Assembly (NCBI GenBank): GCA_963626225.1
Contig: CAVFWX010000002.1
Location: 1 to 48,237, forward strand
DNA from: Anaerotignum sp.
GTDB taxonomy: Bacteria; Bacillota; Negativicutes; Selenomonadales; Selenomonadaceae
Direction of reading: 5' to 3'
DNA length: 48,237 nt
The notes below the pieces were generated by a model. It did not search any database and was not told the DNA's origin. It worked only from the letters and a program-made list of their open reading frames with translations. A program made the translations under genes and the position numbers. Shown piece after piece: positions 1 to 7,949 of the stretch (position 1 is the stretch's first letter; each line of letters begins with the position of its first letter).

Positions 1-185
1 TAAACAATGCCGATGAATACGTAAATCTAGCCGTAAGCCTTGCCAATGACTGGGACACATTGGATATGCTCCACAAAAACCTCCGTAGCATGATGGAAAA
101 ATCCGATTTGATGAACGGGGAGAAATATACCAGGGAGCTGGAGGCACAGTACCAAGAAATCCTAAAACAGAAAAATGCAAAATAA
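1..185 (+). CDS. C-terminal fragment of a SPINDLY/OGT-like O-GlcNAc transferase family protein (5' end outside the window)
   Basis: Open frame from base 3: NNADEYVNLAVSLANDWDTLDMLHKNLRSMMEKSDLMNGEKYTRELEAQYQEILKQKNAK, TAA at 183-185. Resembles the typical C-terminus of SPINDLY-family glycosyltransferases (EYV.LAV.LA.D...L...LR..M..S.LM....Y.R.LE..Y). Not in the ORF track. Confidence 0.65.
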   Translation, partial: NNADEYVNLAVSLANDWDTLDMLHKNLRSMMEKSDLMNGEKYTRELEAQYQEILKQKNAK

Positions 186-223
186 GCTATGGCAAGGACG
201 TATATTGCCAGATAAACAATAAT

Positions 224-258
224 GCAGGAGCTGTCCCATGGATAGCTTCTTGTTTTTT
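224..258 (+). terminator. Rho-independent terminator of the upstream CDS
   Basis: GCAGGAGCTGTCC-cat-GGATAGCTTCTTGT stem followed by a T run. Confidence 0.75.
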
Positions 259-262
259 GCAC

Positions 263-293
263 AAAAAAAGACCCTCAGATAGGGCTGAGGGCT
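263..293 (-). terminator. Intrinsic terminator of the candidate sRNA, back-to-back with the + strand terminator
   Basis: Minus strand reads AGCCCTCAG-ccctat-CTGAGGGTC-TTTTTTT. Confidence 0.75.
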
Positions 294-411
294 GAAAGGG
301 ATTGACTATAGGGGATGTACTATAGGGAATACATCACCTGCACCACGAAGCAGAGAAATGGCGTTGGAAAAAACAGCTCCGTGGAGGATAGCTAAAAATA
401 GCTTGTCCTTG
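263..411 (-). ncRNA. Candidate small regulatory RNA (~150 nt) with C-rich UCCC motifs
   Basis: Minus-strand promoter (445..417), three hairpins, repeated CCCUAUAG/UCCC motifs, then a terminator (CCCUCAG/CUGAGGG stem plus U7). No ORF-track entry covers it. Confidence 0.65.
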
Positions 412-416
412 CAATT

Positions 417-445
417 ATACTAGCATAAATGATTATACAAGTCAA
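417..445 (-). promoter_or_regulatory. Sigma-A type promoter for the candidate sRNA
   Basis: Minus strand TTGACT-17 nt-TAGTAT with a TG extension (TGC TAGTAT). Confidence 0.65.
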
Positions 446-767
446 CCTGAAATTGTATTTAATTTTGGCGAAAATTTAATACATAAAAGCTGTTTATAAG
501 AAAAAATATGGATGAGTATTGAAATATATATCGTATTTTATATTAATTTCAATCGCTTGAAAAGTAAGACTAATGCAATAGATACAACATATATATGAGA
601 AAATTTTCATAGGAAAAGATGTCAGTTTTAAGGAAAATACACCTGATGACTGCTGTATACATAGGCGGTATCATTTGTGTTTGCGATTGGGTGAAGCGGA
701 TATCATAATTCGAGCTGAAACGCCTAGCTAGTTTCAGTTGACATAGACAGATGTCCTTTGCCTGATT

Positions 768-796
768 TTGCTTTTACAGTTAATTTACAGTATAAT
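768..796 (+). promoter_or_regulatory. Sigma-A promoter of walJ-htrA-rlmH
   Basis: TTGCTT(768-773)-17 nt-TATAAT(791-796), about 40 nt upstream of the ATG at 836. Confidence 0.75.
773..789 (-). promoter_or_regulatory. WalR/OmpR-family-type direct-repeat operator
   Basis: Minus strand TGTAAA-TTAAC-TGTAAA fits the WalR consensus TGTWAH-N5-TGTWAH and lies in the promoter spacer. Confidence 0.5.
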
Positions 797-835
797 GCAG
801 TATATTGAAACATGTAACGGGAGTGAAGATATTTT

Positions 836-1597
836 ATGCAGGTTGCCGTATTGGCCAGTGGCAGCAAGGGTAACGCCACCTTTGTGGAAATGGATGGAAA
901 GAAAATATTGGTGGATGCCGGCATCAGCACCAGGCGTATCCGGCAGGAGCTGTCAGCCATAGGCCAGGATATAGGGGAGTTGGACGGGGTATTTATAACC
1001 CATGAGCATAGCGACCATATCAAGGGACTTGCCACCATGGTGAAGAAATACCGCACCAATATTTATGCCAGGCCGGATACCTTCAGGGCCATGAAATGCC
1101 TGGAGGAGTTTCCACTGGAATGTATTCATCCCATTGTGAATAGCGTACGGCTGGACAGGGTGGTGGTAAAGGCCTTTGAGATTCCCCACGATGCGGCAGA
1201 TCCGGTAGGATATATTATCCAGGGTACCAGACGATGCGTTGTGGCTACGGATATGGGCTTTATCAATGATGCAATCTGCCGTATGCTGGAGGGTGCCCAT
1301 GTGTTGGTGCTGGAAAGCAACCATGACGAGGAAATGCTGAAAAACGGCAGCTACCCATATAGCCTGAAGCAACGAATCCTAGGACGGCTGGGGCATTTGT
1401 CCAACCGGGCGGCGGCCATGGCAGTAGCAGGACTTAAACAGCATCCCCAGAAGCTCCTGCTGGCCCATCTTAGCGAGGAAAACAACAGGCCGGAGCTGGC
1501 CATCAAAACCGTTACCGGAATTTTTGACCAATATAAAATTGACGACATCGAAATCTACATGACAGCACAGGATAGATGCGTGGCGGTAGATTTCTGA
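836..1597 (+). CDS. walJ: Metallo-beta-lactamase-fold hydrolase YycJ/WalJ
   Basis: LASGSKGN start, THEHSDH motif, HDAADP, LESNHD, GHLSN, LAHLSEENN; conserved linkage with htrA and rlmH. Confidence 0.9.
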   Translation: MQVAVLASGSKGNATFVEMDGKKILVDAGISTRRIRQELSAIGQDIGELDGVFITHEHSDHIKGLATMVKKYRTNIYARPDTFRAMKCLEEFPLECIHPIVNSVRLDRVVVKAFEIPHDAADPVGYIIQGTRRCVVATDMGFINDAICRMLEGAHVLVLESNHDEEMLKNGSYPYSLKQRILGRLGHLSNRAAAMAVAGLKQHPQKLLLAHLSEENNRPELAIKTVTGIFDQYKIDDIEIYMTAQDRCVAVDF

Positions 1598-1617
1598 AAT
1601 TCATAGGAGGAGATATT

Positions 1618-2703
1618 ATGAATTATCGTAGCAAATTTGCCAAGAAATGCGTTTCCGGCGTGGCCGGAATGCTGGTTATAGCCACTGTTTTGCTGGGAGG
1701 ATGCAGCAATAGCCAGGCAGGTACTGCCTCCAATGACAGCCAGCCGGCAGCAGCCTCTGCCCAGGTATCTGATGCCCGCAACACTCCGGTAGTAAGAGCT
1801 GCCAAGGCGGTTGGCCCTGCTGTAGTAGGCATTACCAACAAGGCTGTGGCTAGGGACTGGTTCAACAATCCTGTACAGGTGGAGGGAGCTGGCTCTGGTG
1901 TTATCTTCCGGAAGGATGGATATATTGTCACCAACAACCATGTTATTAGCGGTGCCAAGGAAATTATTGTCTCCCTGTCTGATGGACGTTCCTTGCCGGG
2001 CAAGTTGGTGGGAGCAGATGAGCTGACAGATCTTGCGGTGGTCAAGGTAGATGAGGATGATTTGCCAACAGCAGAATTTGGTGATTCTGATGATATTATG
2101 GTAGGGGAGCCTGCCATTGCCATCGGCAATCCTATGGGGCTGGAGTTCCAGGGCAGTGTTACCAGCGGTGTTATTAGTGCCTTGAACCGTTCCTTGGAAA
2201 TAGATGACAGGGTACTGAAGGTTATCCAGACTGATGCTGCCATCAACCCAGGCAACTCTGGCGGTGCTCTAGTAAATGCTGATGGCAAGGTTATCGGCAT
2301 CAATTCGGCAAAGATTGCCCGCAGCGATATTGAGGGCATGGGCTTTTCCATTCCTATCAACACAGTAAAGACAGTTGTAGAGGACCTCATTAGCTCCGGC
2401 AAGGTTACCAGGCCATATCTGGGAGTAGGCATCTTCGACAAGGATACAGCTGCCCGTTATGGCTATATCCTGAATGTGGACAAGGGTGTGTACATTGAAA
2501 ATGTCACTGTCAATGGCCCTGCTTACAAGGCTGGTCTCCGTCGTGGGGATATTATTCTCTCCATCGGTGACAAGGAGGTCAACAAGGTCAGCGAGGTTCG
2601 CAATGCCATTCTGGACAGCAAGGCAGGAGATACTGTAAAGGTAAAATATCAGCGTGACGGACATACTGCTACTGTGGATGTTGTGCTGGAGGTTGCTTCA
2701 TGA
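1618..2703 (+). CDS. htrA: HtrA/DegP-like serine protease with one PDZ domain, predicted lipoprotein
   Basis: SD AGGAGG before ATG 1618; lipobox LLGGC; catalytic triad motifs TNNHV, DLAV, INPGNSGG; C-terminal PDZ domain. Confidence 0.92.
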   Translation: MNYRSKFAKKCVSGVAGMLVIATVLLGGCSNSQAGTASNDSQPAAASAQVSDARNTPVVRAAKAVGPAVVGITNKAVARDWFNNPVQVEGAGSGVIFRKDGYIVTNNHVISGAKEIIVSLSDGRSLPGKLVGADELTDLAVVKVDEDDLPTAEFGDSDDIMVGEPAIAIGNPMGLEFQGSVTSGVISALNRSLEIDDRVLKVIQTDAAINPGNSGGALVNADGKVIGINSAKIARSDIEGMGFSIPINTVKTVVEDLISSGKVTRPYLGVGIFDKDTAARYGYILNVDKGVYIENVTVNGPAYKAGLRRGDIILSIGDKEVNKVSEVRNAILDSKAGDTVKVKYQRDGHTATVDVVLEVAS

Positions 2704-3179
2704 GAATAAACATTGTTACGGCAGGGAAGATCAAGGAAAAATATCTTACTGCCGGCATAAATGAATTTCTCAAGCGGCTGGGACCCTTTGCCAATGTAAA
2801 AATCATCGAAATAAATGAAGAAAAAATGAAGGACAATCCTTCAGAGGCAGAAAAGCAGCAGACCCTTGCCCAGGAGGGACAGCGGCTGCTGAAGCAGGTG
2901 CCGGAAGGCAGCTATCTTATAGTGTTGGATGTATATGGCCAGCAGCTGTCATCGGAGAAGCTGGCGGAGAAAATCCAGAATCTGGGACTGCAGGGAAAGA
3001 GCAATATTACCTTCCTGATAGGGGGAGCCTTTGGGCTTTCCCAGGAGGTACGGCAGGCGGCAGACTTCCGCCTCAGCTTTTCCCCTATGACCTTCACCCA
3101 CCAGATGATACGGCTTCTCCTAGTAGAGCAAATTTACAGAGCCTTTAAAATCAATCGTGGCGAAAAATATCATTGGTAG
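2700..3179 (+). CDS. rlmH: 23S rRNA (pseudouridine1915-N3)-methyltransferase
   Basis: GKIKEKYL, FLIGGAFG, MTFTHQMIRLLLVEQIYRAFKI..GEKYH. Confidence 0.97.
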   Translation: MRINIVTAGKIKEKYLTAGINEFLKRLGPFANVKIIEINEEKMKDNPSEAEKQQTLAQEGQRLLKQVPEGSYLIVLDVYGQQLSSEKLAEKIQNLGLQGKSNITFLIGGAFGLSQEVRQAADFRLSFSPMTFTHQMIRLLLVEQIYRAFKINRGEKYHW

Positions 3180-3185
3180 CGTATG

Positions 3186-3384
3186 TGATACCTGCACCGT
3201 AGCCCAGGGAGAGTACCCACGTCGACTCGCTCTCGCTCATAACTCGACCTAGTGGACACTAAGCTCTTGCGAGGGGCATGATTTATGTCCTACCGGCATA
3301 AATCATGGCTCGCAAATCGCTAAGTGCCAAGGTCGAGCAATGGTCTCCTTAGGGTACATCTCCCTGTACTGTGGTGCAGGATAC
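3186..3384 (+). ncRNA. ~200-nt long imperfect hairpin with a central bubble (6S-RNA-like, or a palindromic repeat element)
   Basis: Nested arms CCTGCACCGTAG/CTGTGGTGCAGG, CAGGGAGA.GTACCC/GGGTAC.TCTCCCTG, CTCGACCT/AGGTCGAG, TTGCGAG/CTCGCAA, CATGATTTATG/CATAAATCATG. G-U pairs form on the + strand. Confidence 0.5.
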
Positions 3385-3405
3385 AAAAAAGCAACAATCC
3401 CAAAC

Positions 3406-3445
3406 AAAAAAGCTGTCATGGAACGTAGTGTTCCGTGGCAGCTTT
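3406..3445 (-). terminator. Intrinsic, probably bidirectional, terminator of the Lrp gene
   Basis: AAAAAAGCTGTCATGGAAC-gtagt-GTTCCGTGGCAGCTTT between convergent transcription units. Confidence 0.8.
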
Positions 3446-3456
3446 GCTATTCTTGC

Positions 3457-3903
3457 TTATTCGAGTTCAATAGTCGGCCTGTCGGTAATGGTAGACAGTG
3501 CCACAATGGTTTCAGTCCTAGCAATGCCATCCTGGTTCTTGATGCGGGTCAGGAGCTTTTCCAGGGACTTGGTATTCTTAGTAATAATCTTCAAGGCGTA
3601 GTCATAATCGCCGGTAATGTAAAAGCACTCCTTTACATCCGGCTCGCTGGAGATGAATTCCGCAAATTTGTCTCCGTTGCTTGGGTCATCAAAGCTGATG
3701 TAGAAAAAAGCCATCAGGTGCTTGTCCACCAAGGCGGGATTCAAAATAGCGGTATATTGCTTCACAACGCCGGTGTTTTCCAGTTTCTTTACTCGCTCGC
3801 TGATAGCCGGCATGGAAAGGGAAATTTCCTGGCTGAGAACGGAAACCGTAACACGGGCATTTTCCTGTAATCTTTTTAAAATTTTCTTGTCAGTAGCATC
3901 CAT
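3457..3903 (-). CDS. Lrp/AsnC family transcriptional regulator
   Basis: MDATDKKILKRLQENAR HTH, ERVKKLE, RAM-domain ITGDYDY; GGGGTG SD before the ATG at 3903. Confidence 0.93.
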   Translation of the reverse strand: MDATDKKILKRLQENARVTVSVLSQEISLSMPAISERVKKLENTGVVKQYTAILNPALVDKHLMAFFYISFDDPSNGDKFAEFISSEPDVKECFYITGDYDYALKIITKNTKSLEKLLTRIKNQDGIARTETIVALSTITDRPTIELE

Positions 3904-4113
3904 ATTGCATTCACCCCAATCTAAAATCATTATAACAGCTTGTGCAATAATTTGTAAACTTTTATCTTATTTTCATTAAAATAATTATCCTAGCGGAAAG
4001 GTAATTATTAAAGCTGTCAGTTGAACGCAGGAAAATATATCTTTTGTTTGCTTCTTATCTGGCTTGCGGAAAAAGCTAGGTGAAGTATTTGTGTCCAAAT
4101 GCACAAAAAATTT

Positions 4114-4141
4114 TTGCTTTTAACAAGATATAGTGTAAAAT
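4114..4141 (+). promoter_or_regulatory. Putative sigma-A promoter of the PBP gene
   Basis: TTGCTT-16 nt-TAAAAT. Confidence 0.45.
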
Positions 4142-4176
4142 GAAGTGATAGACCGATTTCATGGAGTGAAATATAG

Positions 4177-6165
4177 ATGGCAAAAGAAAGACAAAAAGTA
4201 CAGAAACGCATTTGTTTCTTGCTTATGATTATATGGGGACTGCTATGTGTCCTAGGGCTGCGGCTGGCTTGGCTGCAGCTGGTACGTGGGTCTGACCTGC
4301 GGGAAAGGGCAATCAGCATTGCAGAGGAAAATAGATTCCGGCAGACCCCACGAGGAAAAATAACAGATAGAAACGGCAGGGAGCTGGCCATTAGCCGCAT
4401 GGCCAAGTCCCTGGTGCTGAATCCTACCAAGGCCAAGGAAAAGCTAACGGCCGAGGAACAGGCAGATATGGTGGCACAGGTAGCCAGCATCCTTCAGATA
4501 AAGCCTCAGGAGGTACAGGAGGATCTGGATGTAGGTGGCTCCTTTGTCTATGTAAAGCGACGGATGGAAATCGAGGAAGAAAATGCCATCAAGGAGCTAA
4601 AGAAAAATGACGAGGACGACAAGCTGGAGTGCTTGGAGCTTCATGACGAAGTAAAGCGATATTATCCTAACGATGTGCTGGCCGCCAATATCATCGGCTT
4701 TATTGGCACAGACGACAAGGGCTTGGCGGGCATGGAACAGTATGCCGATGACCTGGTAAAGGGTGAGGCGGAGGAATCCTCCCTGATGATTGATATGCGG
4801 GGCAGGCCAATCTTTGATTCTATCTTTTCTCCGGCCCAAAAGAAATACCAGGGAGATAGCTCCAAGGATATTACCTTGACCATTGACAGCACTATGCAGT
4901 TCATTGTGGAGCAGGCACTGGACAAGGCCATGATGGACAACAGGCCAAAGGCAGTTACGGCATTGGTGATGGATCCTAAGACCGGGGATGTGCTGGCCAT
5001 GGCTTCCCGGCCTACCTACAATCCTAACAAGTTCTGGGAGGCCAATGACGAGGCATGGCGGAACCGTGCTATATCCGCCATATATGAGCCAGGTTCCACC
5101 TTTAAGGCTATTGTGGCAGGAGCAGCCCTGCAGGAGGGGGTAGTTTCCCCTAATATGACATTCTACGATCCGGGACATATTGATGTGTCCGAGAAGCGGA
5201 TTCAGAACTGGAACGGAGGCAGCTTTGGCAATGTTACCTTTATTGATGTAGTAAAGAACTCCATCAATACCTGTTTTGCCCAGGTTGGTCTGTGGCTGGG
5301 AGGAGAAAAGCTCACCCAGTATGCCCAGAAATTCGGCTTTGGTGAACCAACGGGCATTGAGCTGCCTGGTGAGGAATCTGGCATGTTGTTCAATCCTAAG
5401 GATATGGTAAATTCCGATGTGGCTACCATGGCCATTGGCCAGAGTATTGCTGTAACGCCTTTACAGCTGGTAACTGCCATGTCTGCCATAGCCAACGATG
5501 GCGTGCTGCTGAAGCCTCATATCATAAAGCAGATTACCAATGCTGACGGCAGCGTGTACAAGGAAAACGGCCGTGAGGAGGTTCGCCGGGTGTTGGATTC
5601 TGCCACGGCCAAGACTCTGGTGGGGCTTTTGGAGCAGGTAGTAGCCACCGGCGGCGGTAGCAAGGCTGCGGTGGAGGGCTATAGGATTGCCGGCAAAACC
5701 GGTACAGCCCAGAAAATCAACGAAAATTCCAGCGGCTACATGGATGGCAGGTATATTGCCTCCTTCTGCGGCTTTGCCCCAGTGGAGGATCCAAGGATTG
5801 TGGTGCTGGTGGTTATTGATGATCCATCTGCCGGTTCTTTCTATGGCGGCCAGATTGCTGCTCCTGTGGCCAGGGATATTTTCTCCCAGCTGCTGCGGTT
5901 TATGCATATTAGCCCATCTAGCGATGTCTTTGCCAATATGGACAAGGAAAATGCCAATGGAGCTGCTGCCCAGCCAAAGGCCAAGGCTGTTACCTCCGGA
6001 ATGCCGGATTTGACAGGCATGAGCATCAAGGAGGTTTCCCAGAAGCTGGCGGAGCTGGGATTGGGCATGGATATTCAGGGCAACGGCCTGGCCAGGAGCC
6101 AGAGCTTGCCGCCAGGAAGCAAAATTGAACCGGGTCAAAGCGTTACAGTTACCTTTAGCCCGTAA
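4177..6165 (+). CDS. Class B penicillin-binding protein (FtsI/SpoVD-like transpeptidase) with a C-terminal PASTA domain
   Basis: N-terminal TM helix, RG.I.DRNG, EPGSTFK (SxxK), SIN (SxN), KTGTAQK, PASTA-like MPDLTGMS. Confidence 0.92.
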   Translation: MAKERQKVQKRICFLLMIIWGLLCVLGLRLAWLQLVRGSDLRERAISIAEENRFRQTPRGKITDRNGRELAISRMAKSLVLNPTKAKEKLTAEEQADMVAQVASILQIKPQEVQEDLDVGGSFVYVKRRMEIEEENAIKELKKNDEDDKLECLELHDEVKRYYPNDVLAANIIGFIGTDDKGLAGMEQYADDLVKGEAEESSLMIDMRGRPIFDSIFSPAQKKYQGDSSKDITLTIDSTMQFIVEQALDKAMMDNRPKAVTALVMDPKTGDVLAMASRPTYNPNKFWEANDEAWRNRAISAIYEPGSTFKAIVAGAALQEGVVSPNMTFYDPGHIDVSEKRIQNWNGGSFGNVTFIDVVKNSINTCFAQVGLWLGGEKLTQYAQKFGFGEPTGIELPGEESGMLFNPKDMVNSDVATMAIGQSIAVTPLQLVTAMSAIANDGVLLKPHIIKQITNADGSVYKENGREEVRRVLDSATAKTLVGLLEQVVATGGGSKAAVEGYRIAGKTGTAQKINENSSGYMDGRYIASFCGFAPVEDPRIVVLVVIDDPSAGSFYGGQIAAPVARDIFSQLLRFMHISPSSDVFANMDKENANGAAAQPKAKAVTSGMPDLTGMSIKEVSQKLAELGLGMDIQGNGLARSQSLPPGSKIEPGQSVTVTFSP

Positions 6166-6210
6166 GATATATTGAAAGATTGTTAGTTTTGAATTTAAAG
6201 GAGCGATAAA

Positions 6211-7005
6211 ATGCAGGCAAAATTATTTGTTACTGATATGGATGGTACACTTCTCAACAAGGATCACAAGATTTCCAAGGGCAACAAGCACGCTATCCAG
6301 CGGGCTGTGGAGTCCGGGGTGGTATTTACCATTGCAACAGGCAGGATGTATGCCTCTACTTTGCCTTATGCTCAGGAGCTGGAGCTGGATGTGCCTATTA
6401 TTACCTACAATGGTGCACTGATTAAGACTGCTGCCGGCAAGGAGCTGTATGCTTCTTATTTGGACGAGGATCTGGTAAAGGAGCTTTTGGACTTTGCAGC
6501 AGAGCAGAAGCTGTACATCCATACCTACAGTGACGATAAGCTGTATTTCAAGGTAGAGGATGACCACGCCATGTATTATCAGAATGCCTGCGGCGTTAAG
6601 GGACAGGCTGTAGGTGAAGATATCTACAAATACAATGTCCATGTGCCAAAGATGCTGATAATGGGAGATACTCCGGAGCAGGCTGATGCAGCTGTGGAAC
6701 TGATTCGCAGCAAGTTTGCCGGTCGCATCGAGGCCATGAAATCTGCCCCAACCTATGTAGAACTTATTAAGCCAGGTGTAAACAAGGCTACTGCTATTGC
6801 TAAATTGGCGGAGATTCTGGAGATTCCATCTGAGCAGGTGCTGGCCATTGGAGATTCCAGCAACGATGTCAGCATGCTGAGTTCTGTAGCTATCAGCGTG
6901 GCCATGGGCAATGCCAATGATGAGGCTCGCCAGGCTGCCCGCTACATGGTAACAGACAATGAGCATGACGGCGTAGCTGAGGCTTTGGAGCGTTTTTGCA
7001 TGTAA
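6211..7005 (+). CDS. Cof-type HAD-IIB family phosphatase
   Basis: DMDGTLL, ATGR, GVNK, GDSSND motifs. Confidence 0.93.
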   Translation: MQAKLFVTDMDGTLLNKDHKISKGNKHAIQRAVESGVVFTIATGRMYASTLPYAQELELDVPIITYNGALIKTAAGKELYASYLDEDLVKELLDFAAEQKLYIHTYSDDKLYFKVEDDHAMYYQNACGVKGQAVGEDIYKYNVHVPKMLIMGDTPEQADAAVELIRSKFAGRIEAMKSAPTYVELIKPGVNKATAIAKLAEILEIPSEQVLAIGDSSNDVSMLSSVAISVAMGNANDEARQAARYMVTDNEHDGVAEALERFCM

Positions 7006-7021
7006 TATCCGGGAGGTTATT

Positions 7022-7936
7022 ATGGAAAAGGACAAAGAAAAGGAAAAATCCTGCGAGTTTATCATCGTAACAGGCATGTCCGGCAGCGGCAAAACCCAGG
7101 CTTGCCGCTATCTGGAGGATATTGGCTACTTTGTGGTGGACAATCTGCCACCAGTGTTTATTCCTAAGTTTGCGGAGCTGTGCCAGCAGTCTGGGGGCAG
7201 CATAAACAAAGTGGTATTGGTGGTAGATACTAGGAGTCGGGAGTTTTTTGACACCTTTACCCATGTGCTGGAGGATATGGATCGGGACAACAAGCCTTAT
7301 GTGCTGCTGTTTATGGATGCCTCTGATGCAGCCATTATCCGTCGCTACAAGGAAACCCGCCGCCGCCATCCTATGGCACCTAGCAGTCGTATCAGCGAAG
7401 GCGTGGCCAAGGAAAGGGAGCGGCTGGCTTCTGTCCGCAACAAGGCCACCTATATTGTTGATACTTCGGATTTAAAGAAGATTGACCTGAAGGAAAAGAT
7501 TTTGAAGCTCTTTGCCCCACGGGTAGGGGAAAAGATGAACATCAATGTGATTTCCTTTGGCTTCAAGTTCGGCATGCCGCTAGATGCAGATTTGGTCTTT
7601 GATGTGCGGTTCCTGCCAAATCCATTCTACATTGAGTCCATGCGGCATAAGAGCGGTGCGGTACCTGATGTGGCAGCCTATATTGACCAGTTCCCTGTAA
7701 CCAAGGAATTCAAGCAGCATCTGGACAATTTGGTAAATTTCCTGATTCCTCAGTACGAGAAGGAAGGCAAGGCGCAGCTGGTTATAGCTGCTGGCTGTAC
7801 TGGCGGCATGCACCGTTCCGTGTTTATTGCCAACCATATCTACCAGCTGTTGAAGGACAAGGGCTGCGTGGTACGGCTGGAGCACCGTGATCTCATGAAA
7901 AACGATGTCTGGGAGCATGTACGGGAAGAAGTATGA
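7022..7936 (+). CDS. rapZ: RNase adapter RapZ (YvcJ), P-loop NTPase
   Basis: TGMSGSGKT, VDNLP, RRYKETRRRHP, SFGFKFG, DVRFLPNP, GCTGGMHRSV. Confidence 0.95.
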   Translation: MEKDKEKEKSCEFIIVTGMSGSGKTQACRYLEDIGYFVVDNLPPVFIPKFAELCQQSGGSINKVVLVVDTRSREFFDTFTHVLEDMDRDNKPYVLLFMDASDAAIIRRYKETRRRHPMAPSSRISEGVAKERERLASVRNKATYIVDTSDLKKIDLKEKILKLFAPRVGEKMNINVISFGFKFGMPLDADLVFDVRFLPNPFYIESMRHKSGAVPDVAAYIDQFPVTKEFKQHLDNLVNFLIPQYEKEGKAQLVIAAGCTGGMHRSVFIANHIYQLLKDKGCVVRLEHRDLMKNDVWEHVREEV

Positions 7937-7949
7937 GGGAGTGTTATAA

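Noticed and set aside
298..331. Short direct repeats (ACTATAGGG twice) as a CRISPR array or iterons
   Set aside because: Only two or three very short units, no spacers and no cas or rep gene; better explained as sRNA seed motifs
337..346. CCTGCACCAC is the reverse complement of 3371-3380 in the rlmH-downstream element
   Set aside because: A single 10-nt match in 48 kb with no extension; plausibly chance
551..745. Resemblance to a c-di-AMP (ydaO) riboswitch (AATCGCT, GGGTGAA)
   Set aside because: Core elements (GGGGGA.CC and CCGTCAGCTAAC) are missing and the spacing does not fit
3159..3185. rlmH 3' end as an att site of an SCC-like island
   Set aside because: No recombinase gene and no second copy of the rlmH 3' sequence seen in the window; the site looks unoccupied by a large element
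3340..3870. 176-aa + strand ORF overlapping the Lrp gene
   Set aside because: Antisense to a clear Lrp/AsnC gene, runs through a terminator and has no recognisable motifs
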